From positions 480,001 through 544,000 of the forward strand of contig JAFATB010000014.1 of NCBI GenBank assembly GCA_019244185.1: a stretch of DNA of 64,000 nt, in the 5' to 3' direction. This document shows positions 60,598 to 64,000 of this stretch, one piece after another. Every line of letters begins with the position of its first letter. Positions within the stretch are counted from its first letter, which is position 1. This DNA is from Acidobacteriota bacterium. GTDB taxonomy: Bacteria; Acidobacteriota; Thermoanaerobaculia; Gp7-AA8. The notes under the pieces are model-generated. The model was not told where the DNA came from. It worked only from the letters and a program-made list of their open reading frames with translations, and did no database searches. Both the position numbers and the translations under genes were made by a program.

Positions 60598-61941
60598 ATG
60601 AACGCCAAGCGTTTCGCTGTTCAATCGCTCAGCCAGTGCGCGATCCTCCTTTTTGCCGTTGCCACCGCGACCGCCGCCGTTCCGCCGTCACGGCAGGAGC
60701 TCGACCGATCGGTCGCACAGTATGTCGCGCCGTACGTGAAGTACCACGCGTTCAGCGGCGTGGTCCTGGTGGGAAAGGGCGACGACGTACTGATCAACAA
60801 AGCCTTCGGGAATGCGAACTACGAGTTCGGGGTGCCGAACACGCCCGATACGCGTTTCCAGGCAGGCTCGATCAGCAAGCGATTCACGTTTGTCGTGGTC
60901 ATGCACCTGGTCCGGGAGAAGAAGCTCGCCTTGACGGACGCGCTGTTCAAGTGGGTGCCCGACTTTCCCTCGGCCGACAAGATCACGGTCGCGGATCTTC
61001 TCGATCACCACTCCGGCATTCAGGACTCGGACAAATGGCGCGGGATCTTTCGCCGGAACTTCACGACCGCCGACGCCGTCGATGCAATCAAGTCCGAGCC
61101 CCTCGACAGCGTCCCCGGACAGAAGTACTCCTACACGACCTGGAATTACGCCGTGCTCGCGCACATCATCGAGCGCGTGACCGGCGACTCGTACGCGAAC
61201 GTGGTGAAGAAGTACGTCTACGATCCGGCGGGCATGCGCGACTCCGGCGAGTTGTCGACGACGGTCGTCGTTCCGCGCCTCGCGAACGGCTACATGCCGG
61301 GGCCGTTCAGCGACGTCCTGTCCGTCTGCGGGCCGGAAGACACGTCATGGAAAACCGGCGGCGGGGCTTCGTACTCGACGACGCGCGACCTCATGCGATT
61401 TGCACGCGCGTATACGACGACACTGCTCACGAACGAAGAACGGGCGCTGTGGGATACCGAAGACGAGAACACGACTCTGCTCGATCGCAACGTCCTGGAG
61501 GCGAACGGTTCTGCCCCCGGCGCGAACGCGATCATCAACTATTTTCCGGAGTCGGAACTGAGCGTCGTCGTGCTCTCCAACAACAATTCTCCCGTCGCAA
61601 GGACGATCGCGCGCGATGTGGCGTCGATGTACTTCCGCGAGAAGTACACCGTGCCGACTGTTTCGCTCGCGCCGGGCAAACCGTTCGACGCGCGCCTGCT
61701 CCGCGGATACGCGCTCGAGGGGAGAGACTTTACGTTCGAAATCCGGCTGCACGACGGCACGCCGTTCGTTCGCTGGGGCCAGACGCGATGGGAAGCCATG
61801 CTGCCCGAAGGCGACGATCGGTGGTTCCTGCCGCTCGACTTCGGGCACATGACGCTGCGCCTCGATGACACGGGTCAGCTCGTGGAAGGGACGATGACCA
61901 CGACGTGGAGTCGCACGCCGATGAAGGTCATTGCCCGGTAG
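60598..61941 (+). CDS. Exported serine hydrolase, beta-lactamase family
   Basis: FQAGSISK (SxxK), LLDHHSG, YSY...Y, VVVLSN. Confidence 0.88.
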   Translation: MNAKRFAVQSLSQCAILLFAVATATAAVPPSRQELDRSVAQYVAPYVKYHAFSGVVLVGKGDDVLINKAFGNANYEFGVPNTPDTRFQAGSISKRFTFVVVMHLVREKKLALTDALFKWVPDFPSADKITVADLLDHHSGIQDSDKWRGIFRRNFTTADAVDAIKSEPLDSVPGQKYSYTTWNYAVLAHIIERVTGDSYANVVKKYVYDPAGMRDSGELSTTVVVPRLANGYMPGPFSDVLSVCGPEDTSWKTGGGASYSTTRDLMRFARAYTTTLLTNEERALWDTEDENTTLLDRNVLEANGSAPGANAIINYFPESELSVVVLSNNNSPVARTIARDVASMYFREKYTVPTVSLAPGKPFDARLLRGYALEGRDFTFEIRLHDGTPFVRWGQTRWEAMLPEGDDRWFLPLDFGHMTLRLDDTGQLVEGTMTTTWSRTPMKVIAR

Positions 61942-61963
61942 ACGCGTCGACAGCCGGCAGCGT

Positions 61964-62785
61964 TCACGATGCGCCGAAGCGCGCGAGGATGCCGAGGACG
62001 AGCGCGGTGAACTGCTGCTGCACGCGCGCGGTCGTGTCCATCACTTCCTGATGCGTGAGCTTCTGCTTGAGGATGCCCGCGGCCATGTTCGTGATACACG
62101 AGATGCCGAGGACGGGGATCTGCATGTGCGACGCGGCGATGACTTCGGGCACGGTCGACATGCCGACGGCGTCGGCGCCCAGCACACGGAACGCGCGGAT
62201 CTCCGCGGGCGTCTCGTACGTCGGTCCGGAGAGCGCGAGGTAGACGCCTTCCTTCAACGAGAGTCCGAGTCCGGCGGCGACTTCTTTGGCCATGTTGCGC
62301 AGCGACTCGGGATACGCCTCGCTCATGTCGGGGAAGCGCACGCCGAGGTCGTCGACGTTCGGACCGCGCAGCGGATTCACACCCATGAAGTTGATGTGAT
62401 CGGAGATCAGCATCAGATCCCCGGGGACATACGACGTGTTGATGCCGCCGGCCGCGTTCGTGACGACGAGGCGCTTGATGCCGAGGCGGCCGAGAACGCG
62501 CGCGAGGAACATCACCTCGCCCATCTCGTAGCCTTCGTAGAAATGCACGCGTCCCTGCATGATCGCGACGGGGACGCCGTTCGCGCGGCCGAGGATGAGG
62601 CGGCCCTGATGTCCGAGCACCGTCGACGCGCGCGCGCCGGGGATCTCGCCGTACGGAATCGAGGCATCGGTTTCGACCGCGTCGACGACGTTGCCGAGGC
62701 CCGAGCCGAGGATCACGCCGGTCTGCGGCGCGAGCGAAGACTTGCTGCGGATGTACGAGACGGCGGTGTCGAGCGCTTCGAGCAT
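61964..62785 (-). CDS. punA: Purine nucleoside phosphorylase (trimeric type)
   Basis: ILGSGLG, GRVHFYEG, TNAAGG, GPTYETPAE, GADAVGMSTVPE, ITNMAAG. Confidence 0.95.
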   Translation of the reverse strand: MLEALDTAVSYIRSKSSLAPQTGVILGSGLGNVVDAVETDASIPYGEIPGARASTVLGHQGRLILGRANGVPVAIMQGRVHFYEGYEMGEVMFLARVLGRLGIKRLVVTNAAGGINTSYVPGDLMLISDHINFMGVNPLRGPNVDDLGVRFPDMSEAYPESLRNMAKEVAAGLGLSLKEGVYLALSGPTYETPAEIRAFRVLGADAVGMSTVPEVIAASHMQIPVLGISCITNMAAGILKQKLTHQEVMDTTARVQQQFTALVLGILARFGAS

Positions 62786-62802
62786 GGCGCGCGAGTATAG
62801 CG

Positions 62803-62831
62803 TTGACAGCCGACCGTCCCTCGTTCATAAA
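62803..62831 (+). promoter_or_regulatory. Sigma-70 promoter of nupC
   Basis: TTGACA-17 nt-CATAAA. Confidence 0.6.
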
Positions 62832-62881
62832 GCTGGCGGCGGTTCTGCCCGAAAAATCCAGCCAACGAACGGAGCGTCCAG

Positions 62882-64000
62882 ATGGAGCGAGCCACGGCCC
62901 TCATCGGCTTCTTTGCGATTCTGCTGATCGCGTTTGCGATGTCCACGAACCGAAAAGCCATCAAGTGGCGCCCCGTGATCTGGGGCCTCGCGCTGCAGAT
63001 CGTCGTGGCCATCTTCGTGCTGAAAGGCACGCAGATCTCCGCGCTCTTCGCCTCGATCACGCCGCCTCTCACGCGCGCTGGCGCCGCGCTGGTGTTCGTC
63101 GCCGTGGCCGTCGTCGTGGCCTTGCTCGCGAAGCGCATCGCGGCCGAAGCGCGCCGCATTCTCTGGATCGTCTTCGGCATCGTCTCGCTGTATCTGTTCC
63201 TCGCGTTCAACCTGCTCGCGTATCTCTTCGAGACGATGAAGGGCGTCGTCAACAATCTGATCGGCTACACGCAGGTCGGCGCGACGTTCGTCTTCGGCGA
63301 CCTCGGCGCCGCGAACAGCAAGATCGGCTTCGTCTTCGCGACCCAGGTGCTGCCGACGATCATCTTCATCGCGTCCATCTTCGCGGTGCTCTACTACCTC
63401 GGCGTGATGCAGATCGTGGTGCGCTTCTTCGCGAAGCTGATGTCGCGCTTCATGGGCGCGTCGGGCGCGGAGTCGACGTCGGTCGCGGCGTCGATCTTCA
63501 TGGGCCAGACCGAGGCGCCGCTGACCATCCGCCCATTCCTGCCCGACATGACGCTCTCGGAACTGATGACCATCATGACCGCGGGCATGGCGCACATCTC
63601 CGGCGGCATCATGGCCGCGTACGTCCTTGTGGCGAAGGTGGACGTCATTCACCTGCTCACGGCGGTGATCATGACCGCGCCGGGCGCGATCATGATGGCC
63701 AAGATCATGGTGCCGGAGACGGAGCAGACCAAGACCGGCGGCGACGTCGAGGTGGTCGTGCCGAAGCAGGACGTCAACGTGATCGATGCGGCCGGACGCG
63801 GCGCGATCGAAGGACTGCATCTGTCGTTGAACGTGGCCGGCATGCTCATCGCGTTCATCGCGCTGGTCGCGCTCGTGAACGGGATGTTCGGCTACGTGCA
63901 CGGCTACTTCGCCTGGTTCCCCGCGAGCCTCGACGTTCTCCTCGGCTGGGTCTTCGCGCCGATCGCGTGGGCGATGGGCGTAGCGTGGAAGGACGCGATC
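62882..64000 (+). CDS. nupC: Concentrative nucleoside transporter (NupC/CNT), partial
   Basis: Manual translation MERATALIG...STNRKAIKWR...VLPTIIF...SGAES...IFMGQTEAPL...GAIEGL; runs off the window. Confidence 0.92.
   Translation, partial: MERATALIGFFAILLIAFAMSTNRKAIKWRPVIWGLALQIVVAIFVLKGTQISALFASITPPLTRAGAALVFVAVAVVVALLAKRIAAEARRILWIVFGIVSLYLFLAFNLLAYLFETMKGVVNNLIGYTQVGATFVFGDLGAANSKIGFVFATQVLPTIIFIASIFAVLYYLGVMQIVVRFFAKLMSRFMGASGAESTSVAASIFMGQTEAPLTIRPFLPDMTLSELMTIMTAGMAHISGGIMAAYVLVAKVDVIHLLTAVIMTAPGAIMMAKIMVPETEQTKTGGDVEVVVPKQDVNVIDAAGRGAIEGLHLSLNVAGMLIAFIALVALVNGMFGYVHGYFAWFPASLDVLLGWVFAPIAWAMGVAWKDAI

Overview
A high-GC, gene-dense 64 kb bacterial chromosomal segment with about 67 CDS. 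I see no rRNA, tRNA, CRISPR array, IS or prophage. Several protein families and a C-terminal 'RRAVH' motif suggest Acidobacteriota, probably Thermoanaerobaculia; this is inference from recall. Housekeeping genes (acnA, hemL, nth, ftsEX, ftcD/hutG, PNP/nupC, cspA, wcaJ, DPP-IV, aminotransferase) are mixed with accessory genes. The most notable items are: (1) a MerR cassette with a 20-bp-spacer dyad promoter, flanked by two paralogous exported proteins, one His-rich and one systematically His-depleted, the latter coupled to the ftcD-hutG histidine-catabolism genes; (2) an orphan, C-terminally extended RebB (R-body) gene; (3) a PAS-PAS-coiled coil-DUF4388-like-Ada Zn-finger protein; (4) a CADD-like di-iron enzyme with the self-sacrificing residues apparently intact; (5) an ATP-grasp ligase plus Zn-metallopeptidase pair; (6) back-to-back stop-less gene fragments including a degenerate DUF4157 domain; (7) frequent -10 boxes 6-11 nt upstream of start codons, suggesting widespread leaderless transcription. 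All family assignments come from motif recognition by eye, not database searches.
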